Notes: generated by a model from the letters alone, not told the origin. A stretch of 64,000 bases of DNA from an uncultured Alphaproteobacteria bacterium (GCA_963743265.1 CAVUPE010000024.1:34430-98429); one strand, 5' to 3'; counted from the first letter of the stretch, positions 20,984-31,599 are shown. A program made the numbers and translations.

Positions 20984-21031
20984 CGCGGGGCGCGCCCTCC
21001 GGCGCGAAAACCAGAGGGCGCTGGGCGAGTT

Positions 21032-21625
21032 CTACTTCTCGCCGTACATCTCGGCGACGTGCTCCCAGTCGATAAGGTGATCGACCCACGCCTTCAGATA
21101 ATCGGGCCGGCGATTGCGATAGTCGATGTAGTAGGAGTGCTCCCAGACGTCGACGCCGAGGATCGGCTTCGCGCCGTGGACAAGCGGGTTTTCGCCATTC
21201 GGCGTCTTCATCACCTGAATCTTGCCGTCCTTGACTGCGAGCCACGACCAGCCCGAGCCGAACTGCGTGACGCCGCCCTGGATGAAGTCCTCTTTGGCCT
21301 TGTCGATCGAGCCGAACGAATCCTTCAGCGCCTTTTCGAGTTCGCCAGGAATCTTGTTGCTCGCGTTCGGCTTCATCCATTTCCAGAAATGAATGTGGTT
21401 ATAATGCTGGCCGGCATTGTTGAAGACCGCGGGGTTCTTGCCGAACGATCCCTTGACGATCTCCTCAAGCGGCTTGCCCTCCCATTCGGTGCCTTTCAGC
21501 GCGTTATTGCCGTTGTTGACATAGGCCAGATGATGCTTGTCGTGATGGAATTCGAGGGTTTCCGCGGACATGTAGGGTTTCAGCGCGTCGTGCGGATAGG
21601 GCAGATCGGGCAGCGTGAAGGCCAT
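21032..21625 (-). CDS. sodB: Superoxide dismutase (Fe-type signature)
   Basis: TLEFHHDKHH, FNNAGQHYNH, FGSGW, DVWEHSYY. Confidence 0.93.
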   Translation of the reverse strand: MAFTLPDLPYPHDALKPYMSAETLEFHHDKHHLAYVNNGNNALKGTEWEGKPLEEIVKGSFGKNPAVFNNAGQHYNHIHFWKWMKPNASNKIPGELEKALKDSFGSIDKAKEDFIQGGVTQFGSGWSWLAVKDGKIQVMKTPNGENPLVHGAKPILGVDVWEHSYYIDYRNRRPDYLKAWVDHLIDWEHVAEMYGEK

Positions 21626-21801
21626 GAGACGGCTCCTTGGGAGGTTGGGGCGAAATCGGAAACCCGCATTATGGTGGCCCCGTGGGCCACATTTAGCCCC
21701 CGGACGCCAGCGCCGCAACTGCATGACAAGCTGACGCTCCGCGGCTTGAGCGATCCATTAACTGACGTGTATTGAACTAGGTTCCGCGAAGGGGAATCTC
21801 A

Positions 21802-22080
21802 GTGCATCTTTCGAATGAGCGCATCATCGTCATCTTAGCTGTCGGCGCTGTCGCCGGATGGCTGATCGGCAAGGTCCTGCGCGGCAATGGGTTCGGACTT
21901 GTCGGCGACGCTGCGATCGGAATCGTCGGAGCGCTGATCGGCGACTGGCTCCTGCCGCGCTTCAACTTCCACATCTGGAGCGGCCTTACGGGGATGATCA
22001 TCGAAGCGGCGATTGGCGCGGTTGTCCTTTTGGTCGTTTTGCGCTCGGTCGGGGCGAGCGGATGGGGAGGCGGCCGGTAG
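21802..22080 (+). CDS. GlsB/YeaQ/YmgE family stress membrane protein
   Basis: GAVAGWL...GNGFGLVGD..IGIVGALIG...AAIGAVVLL. Confidence 0.85.
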   Translation: MHLSNERIIVILAVGAVAGWLIGKVLRGNGFGLVGDAAIGIVGALIGDWLLPRFNFHIWSGLTGMIIEAAIGAVVLLVVLRSVGASGWGGGR

Positions 22081-22093
22081 CCGAGGAGGACCT

Positions 22094-22531
22094 ATGTTCA
22101 AGCATATTCTGATTCCGACCGACGGTTCCGACCTGTCGCGCAAGGCGATCCTTTATGGCGTGCAGCTTGCCAAGGAGTCCGGAGCGAAGGTGACAGGGCT
22201 CACGGTCACTGAACCGTATCAGCCAGCGGGCATGGACACCGTGTTCATTCCGATGGACCCGGGGGATTACGAAGAGCAGTCGCGCGTCCTCTCAGAAAGG
22301 GCGATGGAGCAGGTGAAGATGGCGGCCCAAGCGGCCGGTGTGCCCTGCGAGACGGTCCGCGAGGTTCTTGACCAACCTTATCGCGCCATCATCGACGCAG
22401 CGCAGGCGCTCGGCTGCGACCTCATCGTCATGGCGTCGCACGGGCGGCGCGGCATCTCGGCCCTGCTGCTCGGCAGCGAAACAGCAAAGGTGCTTACGCA
22501 CTCGACCATTCCGGTGCTCGTCTATCGCTGA
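22094..22531 (+). CDS. Universal stress protein
   Basis: MFKHILIPTDGS...DLIVMASHGRRG...LLGSETAKVL. Confidence 0.93.
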   Translation: MFKHILIPTDGSDLSRKAILYGVQLAKESGAKVTGLTVTEPYQPAGMDTVFIPMDPGDYEEQSRVLSERAMEQVKMAAQAAGVPCETVREVLDQPYRAIIDAAQALGCDLIVMASHGRRGISALLLGSETAKVLTHSTIPVLVYR

Positions 22532-22554
22532 CCGCGGGCCTGACCCCGAGCGGC

Positions 22555-23007
22555 TTAGTCCACTCGTTCGACACGTAAGAGCGAACCTTGCTCCACGGCG
22601 ACCACCTTCACCATGGCGCCCGCTGGGCAATCCGGTCCGGCGACACGCCAGGAACTGTCGCCGACGCGGATGCGCCCGTAGCCTCGCGCGATCGCTTCAT
22701 CCAAGAAGAAGTCGGCGCCGACCATCGCATGCGCGCGGCTCTGGGGCAGCGGCCCGGGCCCCTTGTCGAACGATCCGTAGACGCGCCGGCCGATAAGAAC
22801 CAGCGCCGCCACCAAAACGGCGAACAGAATGAGCTGCGCGACGAAGCCCATGGGCACGAAGTAGTCTACGGCTCCGACGATCGCCGCCGCCGCGCCGAAC
22901 CAGATGAAGAAAGCGCCGGGTGCGAGCGTCTCGATTGCGCTCAGAACGAGCCCGGCGACGAGCCACGCGAGCGCGACGACATGGGGCGGCTGCAGGAGGT
23001 TATCCAT
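22555..23007 (-). CDS. NfeD family protein
   Basis: ETLAPGAFFIWFG TM region plus an OB-like C-terminus (GRIRVGDSSWRV); downstream of an SPFH gene. Confidence 0.88.
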   Translation of the reverse strand: MDNLLQPPHVVALAWLVAGLVLSAIETLAPGAFFIWFGAAAAIVGAVDYFVPMGFVAQLILFAVLVAALVLIGRRVYGSFDKGPGPLPQSRAHAMVGADFFLDEAIARGYGRIRVGDSSWRVAGPDCPAGAMVKVVAVEQGSLLRVERVD

Positions 23008-23029
23008 CGTGGCTCCGAGCCATCCTCCT

Positions 23030-24079
23030 TTAGGAAGAAGCCCCGCCGGGCGGGGGATTCTCAGACCCTTGCCATGGGGAAACCGGCGGCGTGCTCGTTG
23101 CGCCAGCGTTCGGCACGGCGGGACGTGGCCGAGGCGGCGGGCGCGAGACTGTGGCTGTCTCTGCGCCCATGGCGCTCGTGGCGATCTGGCTCAACCCGCC
23201 AAGCGTGCCAGCAAGCGAGCTCAACTCCATGGGCACGATCATGAGCTTCGGATTGGGCGATTGCGCCATAGCGTGCAGCGCCGCGATGTATTTCTCCGCG
23301 ATCAGGAAGTTCACCGCCACAACGTCGCCGTTGGCGGTCGCTTCGCTGATGAGGCGCGTGGCGGTCGCCTCGGCCGCCGCGGTTCGCTCGACCGCCTCGG
23401 CCGCCCGAAACGCGGCGTCGCGACGGCCTTCGGCTTCGAGCACGAGCGCCGCTTTGCGTCCCTCCGCCCGGGTGATGTCGGACTGCCGCATGCCCTCGGC
23501 TTCGAGGATCACCGCGCGCTTCTCGCGCTCGGCCTTCATTTGCCGCCCCATCGCGTCCACGAGGTCTCTGGGCGGCACGATGTCCTTGATCTCGACGCGC
23601 GTGACCTTGATGCCCCACGGCTCGGAAGCGGCGTCGATCACCGTCAAAAGGCGCGCGTTGATCTCGTCGCGATGCGAGAGCAGCTGGTCCAGGTCCATCG
23701 AGCCCATGACCGTGCGCACATTGGTCATGACGATGTTGCGCAGCGCCGACTGAAGATCGGAGATCTCGTAAGCCGCGCGGCGCGCGTCGAGCACCTGATA
23801 GAAGGCGACGCCGTCCACCGTCACCGTCGCATTGTCCTTCGTGATGATCTCCTGACTCGGGACATCCATGACCTGCTCCATGACGTTGAGCTTGCGGCCG
23901 ACGGTGTCGATGTATGGAACGATGAGCCCCAGGCCGGGGGTCAGGGTCTTGTAATAGCGGCCGAAGCGCTCGACCGTGTAATTGTAGCCCTGAGGCACCT
24001 GGCGCACGCCCATGAGAGCGGTGATCACCACGAAGGCGGCGACGACAAGCGCGAAGATGGATGCGCCTTCCAGGATCAC
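23030..24079 (-). CDS. SPFH/band 7 domain protein (QmcA-like)
   Basis: VERFGRY, QEIITKDNA, DLDQLLSHRDEIN, WGIKVTRVEIKDI, QMKAERE; GTG start after a gggga RBS. Confidence 0.92.
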   Translation of the reverse strand: MILEGASIFALVVAAFVVITALMGVRQVPQGYNYTVERFGRYYKTLTPGLGLIVPYIDTVGRKLNVMEQVMDVPSQEIITKDNATVTVDGVAFYQVLDARRAAYEISDLQSALRNIVMTNVRTVMGSMDLDQLLSHRDEINARLLTVIDAASEPWGIKVTRVEIKDIVPPRDLVDAMGRQMKAEREKRAVILEAEGMRQSDITRAEGRKAALVLEAEGRRDAAFRAAEAVERTAAAEATATRLISEATANGDVVAVNFLIAEKYIAALHAMAQSPNPKLMIVPMELSSLAGTLGGLSQIATSAMGAETATVSRPPPRPRPAVPNAGATSTPPVSPWQGSENPPPGGASS

Positions 24080-24247
24080 GGCTCCCCTCTGATCAAACCA
24101 AGCTGCGGACAAGCCGCCGCGGCCGCGAGTCTACCCGCTTCAGCGCCCGCATACGACATCTCTCTTGTCTGGAGCTTGACGGACGCTTCGAGCACGCCTT
24201 TTGGTCTCAATCGCGCCTGCGCATTCCTCGCCCGACCCGACTCCCTG

Positions 24248-25246
24248 CTACCTCACAGCCGGCGCCGCCGCGCGTAGAGTGTCCTTCGCCCGGTCGGCGC
24301 GGCTCTGCCTTAGCCGCACCAATTGCTGGTCGGCGAGCACCCCGATCAGGATGACCGTCCCCATAACGGCGAAATTGAGCGAGCTTGGGATGCCGAGCAG
24401 ATTGACGAGGTTCTGGAGAACCTGAAGCAGAATGGCGCCGAGCACGATGCCCATGATCGAGCCCTCGCCGCCGCGCAGCGAACAGCCGCCGAGAACCGCA
24501 GCCGCGATTCCGTAAAGCTCGTAGAAATTGCCATGCGATGCTGGCGAGATCGAGCGCGTATACATCGTGAGGAAGATTGATGAAACGCCAGCGAGCGCGC
24601 CGCAGATGACGTAGGCGGCCACGATGATCTTCTTGGTCGCGATGCCGGAGAAACGCGCCGCCTCTTCGTTCTTGCCGATGGCGAACAGGTATCGCCCGAA
24701 GACCGAGCGGTGGAGCAGCACCCCCATGATCGCCGCAACGATCAGGAAGATGACGAAGGTGTGCGGGATGCCGTAGGTGCGTCCGGTGGTGATCCATTCG
24801 AGCGCCGGAAAGCTCTGGCCGAACTCAAATCCGGCTGTCCCGTCGTCGGTGTACCAGCGAGCGACGCCGCGATAGATCAAGAGGCCGCAAAGCGTCACGA
24901 CGAAGGGCTGCAGGTTCATTCGCGTGACGAGAAACCCATGCACGAAGCCAAGGATCACGCCGAAGCCGATAATGATGAGGACGGCGAGGATCCACGGCAC
25001 GTGATAATTCACGAGCAAGTCGACGAAGACGACGCCGAACAGGGCGAATTGCGAGCCGACCGAAAGGTCGATGCCGCCCGTTATGATGACGAAGCCTTCG
25101 CCGATGGAGAACAGGCCGAACAGCCCGACGAGATTGGCGGTGTTCTCCAGATTGATCGGCGAGATGAAGCGCGGGTTGAGAAACGCCACCACCGCGCCAA
25201 CGACGACGATGAGCAGGAAAAGTCCGAGGTCTTTCTTCAGCATCAC
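24248..25246 (-). CDS. Sugar ABC transporter permease (RbsC-like)
   Basis: IITGGIDLSVGS, PFVVTL, GRYLFAIGKNEEAARFSGI, ELYGIAAAVLGG. Confidence 0.93.
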   Translation of the reverse strand: MMLKKDLGLFLLIVVVGAVVAFLNPRFISPINLENTANLVGLFGLFSIGEGFVIITGGIDLSVGSQFALFGVVFVDLLVNYHVPWILAVLIIIGFGVILGFVHGFLVTRMNLQPFVVTLCGLLIYRGVARWYTDDGTAGFEFGQSFPALEWITTGRTYGIPHTFVIFLIVAAIMGVLLHRSVFGRYLFAIGKNEEAARFSGIATKKIIVAAYVICGALAGVSSIFLTMYTRSISPASHGNFYELYGIAAAVLGGCSLRGGEGSIMGIVLGAILLQVLQNLVNLLGIPSSLNFAVMGTVILIGVLADQQLVRLRQSRADRAKDTLRAAAPAVR

Positions 25247-26760
25247 GCCGCACTCTGCTCCGCTCCGCGAGCGACGGCGAGCCGCATCACGTTCTCCTCG
25301 CTGAACTGGTCGCGGTTCAGCGTTCCGCTGATCGCGCCTTCCTGCATCACCACGATGCGGTCGCTGACCCCGATCACCTCCTCCATGTCGGAGGAAATCA
25401 TCAAGATCGCCACGCCGGCGTCGGCCAGCTCCCGCATCAGCAGATAGATTTCGGACTTTGACCCCACGTCAATGCCACGCGTCGGCTCGTCGAAGATCAT
25501 CGCCTTGGGCTTCATCGACAGCCATTTGGCGAGGACGACCTTCTGCTGGTTGCCCCCCGAGAGCGTGCGGACCACCGTCTCGACATCGGCCGTCTTGATG
25601 TTGAGGGACTGGCGCTGCCGCTCGGCGTTCTTGCGCTCCGCGCCCGCATCCATGAGGAAATATCTGGCGAAGGACAGAAGATCGGGCAGCGAGATGTTGT
25701 CGGTCACCGAATCCTCAAGCACGAGACCGCTGCGCTTGCGATCCTCGGGCGCGAGGTAGATTCCCTGCGCGATTGCGTCTTTGGCCGAACGAATGGCGAC
25801 GGGCGCGCCGTTGAGCCGAATTTCGCCTCCCAGTATGGGATCAATGCCGAACAGAGCGCGCGCGAGCTCGGTCCGCCCCGCCCCGATCAATCCGGCCATG
25901 CCCAGAATCTCGCCCGCTCTCAGCGAAAGGCTCACAGCGTGGCCGGGACGAGAAAGGGTTCGTAAGCCCGCGACCTCCAGAACGTTGGCGCCGGGGGGCG
26001 ATTTGGGCGGGATGTACAACGACTTGAGGTCTCGCCCGATCATGAGGCGGATCATGGCGTCGCGATGGATCTCGTCGCGAGCCAGCTCGCCGACGACCGA
26101 GCCGTCACGGAGGACGACCACACGATCGGCGCAGGTTTCCACCTCGTTCAGCCGATGGGTGATAAAGATGATCGACACGCCATCGGCCTTGAGCTCGCCG
26201 ATGACCCGCATCAGCCGATCGGTCTCGGTGGACGTCAGGCTGGAAGTCGGTTCATCCATAATGACGACGCGGGCGTTGAGAGAAAGCGCCTTGGCGATCT
26301 CCAAAAGCTGACGCTGCGCGAGGGAAAGGTCGGAAACCAGATCGTCGACCTCGAAGTCGACGTCCAGTCGCTTCAGCAACGGCGCCACGATGCGTTTCGT
26401 CGCCTTGCGGTCGACGAGCTTAAGGGGACCGGCCGACAGCGGCTCGCGCCCGATCAGCACATTCGCGCCTACGTCGAGATTGTCGAAGAGGTTCAGTTCT
26501 TGATGAACGAAGGCGATTCCGGAATTCAGCGATTCGGCGACGGTAAGCGACTCGTGCGCGGCGCCCTCGATCTCGATCGTTCCCTGGTCAGGTTTCACCA
26601 CCCCGCCAAGAATCTTCATCAACGTAGACTTGCCCGCGCCGTTCTCGCCGATCAGCGCGAGAACCTCGCCCCGGTTCACGGTCAGGCTGACACGGGAAAG
26701 GGCGCGGACGCCGGGGTAGCTCTTGTTGATGTCGATCAGCCGGAGGAGGGGATCGGCCAA
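25243..26760 (-). CDS. Sugar ABC transporter ATP-binding protein (two ABC domains)
   Basis: GENGAGKST, MDEPTSSL, LSGGNQQK, DEPTRGIDVG. Confidence 0.95.
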   Translation of the reverse strand: MADPLLRLIDINKSYPGVRALSRVSLTVNRGEVLALIGENGAGKSTLMKILGGVVKPDQGTIEIEGAAHESLTVAESLNSGIAFVHQELNLFDNLDVGANVLIGREPLSAGPLKLVDRKATKRIVAPLLKRLDVDFEVDDLVSDLSLAQRQLLEIAKALSLNARVVIMDEPTSSLTSTETDRLMRVIGELKADGVSIIFITHRLNEVETCADRVVVLRDGSVVGELARDEIHRDAMIRLMIGRDLKSLYIPPKSPPGANVLEVAGLRTLSRPGHAVSLSLRAGEILGMAGLIGAGRTELARALFGIDPILGGEIRLNGAPVAIRSAKDAIAQGIYLAPEDRKRSGLVLEDSVTDNISLPDLLSFARYFLMDAGAERKNAERQRQSLNIKTADVETVVRTLSGGNQQKVVLAKWLSMKPKAMIFDEPTRGIDVGSKSEIYLLMRELADAGVAILMISSDMEEVIGVSDRIVVMQEGAISGTLNRDQFSEENVMRLAVARGAEQSAA

Positions 26761-26774
26761 ATTCGGTCCTTAAG

Positions 26775-26806
26775 AAAAAGGCGGCGCCGCGTGGTAGCGC
26801 GGCGCC
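26775..26806 (-). terminator. Intercistronic hairpin after the substrate-binding gene (attenuator or mRNA stabiliser)
   Basis: ggcgccgcg-tggtag-cgcggcgcc with a nearby A5 run. Confidence 0.55.
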
Positions 26807-26853
26807 ACAAACGAAGCCAAGCGAGCGCTTCTTTCGCGCCCGCTCGTCCCGCT

Positions 26854-27807
26854 TTATTTCTTGCCCTGGCGCTCTTTCAGCTCCGCCCAGAAGGCGTCGA
26901 CGTTGTCCTTGCTGATGATCTTGGTCGGGATGATCATCAGGCCGCCGGCGGGAACGACCGACTTGTCCCCGTCGAGATACTTCGCCATCGTCTTCATGCC
27001 GGTATAGCCCCACTCGTAGGGCTGCTGGACGACGGTTGAGGCGATCGTTCCTTCCTTGACGCCGCCGAGCGTGATCGGATCCTCGTCGAAGCCGATGACG
27101 GTGATCTGGCCGAGCTTGCCGGCGTCCTTCAGCGCCGTATAGATGTCCGGCGTGTTATAGGAATAATAGCCGACCATGCAGTTGATCTCGGGATGCGCGG
27201 TCAGCGTGTCCTCGACGTTGCGCTTCGAACGGGTCCTGTCGATGTCGTCGGCGCGGACGTCGACGAGCTCGATCTTGGAGCCCTTGATCGTGTCCTTGAA
27301 GCCTTCGATGCGCTCGCGCGCGTTGTCAGCGCCGGGCAAACCGACGAAGCCCATGCACTTGCCGCCATTCGGCAGCGCCTTCAGCGCGATTTCGCCCGCC
27401 TGCTTGCCGGCGTCGACGTTGCTCGAGCCGATATAGGCGACGCGGCTGCTCTTGGGCGCGTCGCTGTCGGTGGTGAACAAGGCCACCTGCTTGCCGATAC
27501 GGTCGAGCGCGTCACCCATCGTCTTCGGGTCGACCGCACTGACCATGATGCCCGAGGCGCCGGCCGCGACGAGGTCATCCATCAGGCGGGTCTGGATCGC
27601 CGCAGACGACTGTTCGGGATATTTGAAGTCGAGCTTGTAGTTCGGCAGTTCGCCCTGCGCCTTCTTGACGCCGGCCTCAGCGGCCTTCCAGAAGTCCGAC
27701 GCGCCGTTCACGACGAACACGAGCGTCTTCTTGTCGGCGGCTTGCGCCGATCCCGCGAGGGCCAGCATGGCGCCGACCATTGCAGCAGATAGCAAAAATC
27801 TCTTCAT
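26854..27807 (-). CDS. Sugar ABC transporter substrate-binding protein
   Basis: Signal peptide ending AQA; NGASDFW, TDSDAP, YIGSSN, GFDED, VQQPYEWG. Confidence 0.93.
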   Translation of the reverse strand: MKRFLLSAAMVGAMLALAGSAQAADKKTLVFVVNGASDFWKAAEAGVKKAQGELPNYKLDFKYPEQSSAAIQTRLMDDLVAAGASGIMVSAVDPKTMGDALDRIGKQVALFTTDSDAPKSSRVAYIGSSNVDAGKQAGEIALKALPNGGKCMGFVGLPGADNARERIEGFKDTIKGSKIELVDVRADDIDRTRSKRNVEDTLTAHPEINCMVGYYSYNTPDIYTALKDAGKLGQITVIGFDEDPITLGGVKEGTIASTVVQQPYEWGYTGMKTMAKYLDGDKSVVPAGGLMIIPTKIISKDNVDAFWAELKERQGKK

Positions 27808-28051
27808 TCCATTCCTCCCGATGAGACCAGCGCAGCGATACCGCGCTGGAGGCGTTTAGCAAAATTGAGCCGTTTGCCAGCCCTTAGCCACGAGGGTTCC
27901 TAAAGACAGGCTCGGAAGCGGTCAAGCGCGCAAAAGCCTGGCGAGCACGGGCTGGCGCCCGCCGCGAAGCTTGCCCTTGCGAAAGTCGCCGGCGCCCCAT
28001 AGCGTTAACAATACCGGCATTTACGCCGGAGATAGAACGGGGGAGGTTTTC

Positions 28052-28703
28052 ATGAACGTTTTGCTTGTTCGTTTTTTTGCCATGGCCGCGATTGTGGCTC
28101 CGACCATCGCCGACGCGGCGACGCTTTTGCCCGCCTATACGTTCCCGGACGGCTCAGCTGGCTTCGAGTTCCTCACATCGGGAGGTCCCACGAATCCGGG
28201 CGTGCTGGTGGGGTTCAATCCTCAGCCGGACCCTCCTGGCGTCCCGACGGTGACGGCCGATCTCCGTGATCCGACGAGCCCGGTGTTCGCCCAGACGACT
28301 AAGGCCACCGCCTATCTTGTGACGGTCTCGCTGCTGCTTCCGGGCACACCGGGTTTGCTTCTGCCTGCCGTTCTGGGGGATGGGAGCGTTACGGCTACGT
28401 GCGACGGCAGCGTATCCAAGGCCTGTGACGGCAGCGTCTTCAAACTTTCGCTCGCCTTCCGCGATATCACAAGCTGGAGTCTTGCCGTCCGACACGGAAG
28501 GATTCAATCCTTCGGGAGTCTATTTCCAGTATCTCGCTACTTTCGGCGGAGAGCCAACCTTCGCGCTGTCGATCACGGATGGCGGGAATCCGTTGACCTT
28601 CTCTCCTGTCCCCGAACCGGCGACGTGGGGTCTGATGACGGTGGGCTTCGTTTCGCTGGGCGCTCTCGCGATGCGGCGGCGGGCGAAAGCTCAAGCGGCC
28701 TAG
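28052..28703 (+). CDS. PEP-CTERM protein with FNPQPDPPG, LLPA and repeated DGSV motifs; frameshift ~28470
   Basis: RBS ggagg; signal peptide ending ADA-A; C-terminus VPEPATWGLMTVGFVSLGALAMRRR. Confidence 0.85.
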
Positions 28704-29551
28704 AGGCTGGACGTGAGGACGCTTACTCGGCCAGCGCCAAGCCTGACGCCACCGGCGCTTAATGTCCGGCCCGCCGCCATCGCCTCTTCGGCGCGGTCGA
28801 GTCTCAGCAGCGCCAGCGCCTCGCGTCCCGATGAGGATCCGAGCGCGCCGACCGCGAGCTCGCGGTCCATGACTGGCGTCCCAGGCGCCGGCGCGGGTCC
28901 ATCCAGTTTGACTCGCGTGACGCGCTTGCGCGCGGTTCCGCGATGTTTCATCCGCGAGACGACCTCCTGGCCGACATAGCAGCCCTTGTCGAAATCGACC
29001 CCGTGGAGGAGGTCGAAATTGGCGTCGTGCGGGAAGGCGTCCGCATAGGCGAAATCGAGACCGCCCTTGGGCGCCCCGACGGCGATGCGAAGGCCCTCGT
29101 ATTCGTTGACGTGCTCCAACCCGACCACGGTCGCGGCCGAGCGCGGCAGGATTGCGCGCCAGCCTAAGCGCGAATCGCGGGGGTCAGCATAGAGAAGGCC
29201 GTCGACGTTAGGCCGCTCGTGGCCCCAGAAAGCGGCGACGGCGCGATCGGCGCTCACGTCAGCGATCGCGACCTTGGCGCGCAGCTTGTAGAAGCCAAGC
29301 CGCTTGGCGAGATCGGCCGTCTGCGCCGCCGCGCAGTCGATGAGATAGGATGGCTCCTCGCCCGGCGCGCGCACGACGATCATGTCGAACAGGATCTTGC
29401 CTTGCGGCGTCAGCAGCGCCGCATAGCGCGCTTCGCTGGGCTCGAGCCGTTCGACATCGTTGGTCAGCAGGCCTTGCAAGAAGCTGGTCGCATCCGCGCC
29501 GATCACAGAAACGACGCCGCGATCCTCAAGCATGGCGGCTTTCTTGTGCAT
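28700..29551 (-). CDS. ygfZ: Folate-binding Fe-S cluster repair protein YgfZ (3' end may be ~28723)
   Basis: FLQGLLTND, LLTPQGKILFD, signature KGCYVGQEVVSR. Confidence 0.9.
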   Translation of the reverse strand: MHKKAAMLEDRGVVSVIGADATSFLQGLLTNDVERLEPSEARYAALLTPQGKILFDMIVVRAPGEEPSYLIDCAAAQTADLAKRLGFYKLRAKVAIADVSADRAVAAFWGHERPNVDGLLYADPRDSRLGWRAILPRSAATVVGLEHVNEYEGLRIAVGAPKGGLDFAYADAFPHDANFDLLHGVDFDKGCYVGQEVVSRMKHRGTARKRVTRVKLDGPAPAPGTPVMDRELAVGALGSSSGREALALLRLDRAEEAMAAGRTLSAGGVRLGAGRVSVLTSSL

Positions 29552-29629
29552 GAGTCGGCTCCGGTCGCGCTTGCAAGGGCGAAGACTGTCAAATAGGCCG
29601 CTTTCGCGCCACTGCAAGAAAGAACCGCC

Positions 29630-30949
29630 ATGCGGCCGAGCTTCGATTGCGTCCTGATCAACGGGACATTGGTCAATCACGACGGGATCGGCCTGCGCGA
29701 CGTCGGCGTCCGCGACGGGCGGATTGCAGAAATCGGCGATTTGAGCCGCGCCGCGGCGGGCGAGCGCATCGATTGCCACGGACTTCACATTCTTCCTGGC
29801 GTCATCGATTCCCAGGTGCATTTTCGTCGAGCCGGGGCTCGTTCACAAGGAAGACCTGGAGACGGGCTCGCGTGCGGCCGTGCTCGGCGGCGTGACCGCG
29901 GTGTTCGAAATGCCCAACACCGATCCGCTGACGGTGAGCGCAGACGCGCTCGCCGACAAGCTCGCCCGCGCGAAAGGCCGTATGCATTGCGACTTCGCCT
30001 TCTGGGTCGGCGGCACGCACGACAATGTCGCCGACATCCCCGAACTCGAGCGACTGCCCGGAGCGGCGGGAATCAAGGTGTTCATGGGGTCGTCGACGGG
30101 ACGCCTTCTGGTCGCTGACGACGAGGGGGTGCTGGCGATCCTCAAGAAAACTCGCCGCCGCGCGGCGTTCCATAGCGAGGACGAGGCGCGCTTGAATGAG
30201 CGCAAGCCCCTGCGCGTCGCGGGCGATCCCTCCTCGCATCCCGTCTGGCGCGACGAGATCGCGGCTCTGCGCTCGACCGAGCGGCTCATTCGCCTTGCGC
30301 GCGAGGCGCGCGCGCAAGTGCATGTGCTGCACATCACGACGCGCGAGGAAATGGCGTTTCTGGCCGGCGCCAAGGATGTCGCGAGCTGCGAGGCGACGCC
30401 GCATCATCTGACGCTGAGCGCCGAGGACTATCCGCGCTTAGGCACGAAAATGCAGATGAACCCGCCAGTCCGCGGCCCCGATCATCGCGACGCGATCTGG
30501 CGCGGCCTTGAGCAGGGCGTGGTCGACGTGCTCGGCTCCGACCACGCGCCGCACACGCTGGAGGAGAAGGCCAAGCCCTATCCCGAGAGCCCGTCGGGCA
30601 TGACCGGCGTGCAGACGCTCGTTCCGATCATGCTCGACCACGTCAACGCCGGGCGGCTCAGTCTTCAGCGCTTTGTCGACCTGACCAGCGCCGGGCCGCA
30701 GCGGCTGTTCGGCATCGTTGGCAAGGGCCGCATCGCGGCTGGGTACGACGCCGACTTCACCATCGTCGACCTGAAGCGCCGCGAGACGATCGCGACTCCT
30801 GGATCGCCTCGCGCTCGCGCTGGACGCCTTATGACGGAAAGACAGTGACCGGCTGGCCGGTCGGAACGATCGTGCGCGGCCGCCGGGTGATGTGGGAGGG
30901 CGAACTCACGGCGCCCTCGACGGGCGAGGCGGTGCGGTTTGGGAGTTGA
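29630..30949 (+). CDS. pyrC: Dihydroorotase; frameshifts ~29830 and ~30795
   Basis: LPGVIDSQVHFR, GGVTAVFEMPNT, KVFMGSSTG, QMNPPVR, GSDHAPH; C-terminus GWPVGTIVRG. Confidence 0.88.
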
Positions 30950-31004
30950 GCGATGGGCAGTTCGACAAAATAACATCAATAGACAGTTCAATTTGAGCTG
31001 GATT

Positions 31005-31090
31005 CCAGCCCCGCGCAGGTAATCGGAAATGGCGCCGCAAGCCGTTGGAATCGCTCAAAACGGACTCGAAAATGGCAGGCCATTTCCTTG
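31005..31090. repeat. Non-coding element with IHF-like box between convergent genes
   Basis: tcggaaatggcgccgcaagccgttggaatcgctcaaaacggactcgaaaatggc; gaaatggc/aaaatggc repeated; tcggaaatggc also occurs at ~10105. Confidence 0.5.
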
Positions 31091-31118
31091 CGGCCAGGCT
31101 GACCGCGCAGCCGGCTTT

Positions 31119-31599
31119 TCAAATCGCAGCCATCACCTGCATCGTGAGCCAGGTCGCCGCCAGCGCGGGCTTCTGCGTCCCCTCGACCTCCACGCTGACG
31201 TCGTAGCTCATTTGCCATTCGCGCGCCGAGCGCGGCGTGACGGCGCGGAGCGTGAAATGTCCGCGCACCCGGCTTCCTGAGGGGACCGGCCGGACAAAGC
31301 GCACGCGGTCGAAGCCGTAATTCACGCCGTGGGCGGCGCCCTCGAGTTCTGGGCAGCGCGGTATAGGCCATGGCCGACAGCAGCGAGAGCGTGAGAAAGC
31401 CGTGGGCGACAGTGCCCCCGAACACGGTTGCTGCGGCGCGCTCGGGATCGACGTGGATGAACTGCTCGTCCTCGGTGACCTTGGCGAAGGCGTCGATCCG
31501 CGCCTGATCGATTGTGAGCCAATGGGAGACGAACTCATGTCCGACCATGGCGGTGAGTTCGGCGGCGGGAACTCGCTTGACGTCCGTCCAATCGCTCAT
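31119..31599 (-). CDS. MaoC family dehydratase; frameshift ~31348
   Basis: WLTIDQARIDAFAKVTEDEQFIHVDP, AHGFLTLSL, VNYGFDRVRF. Confidence 0.9.
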
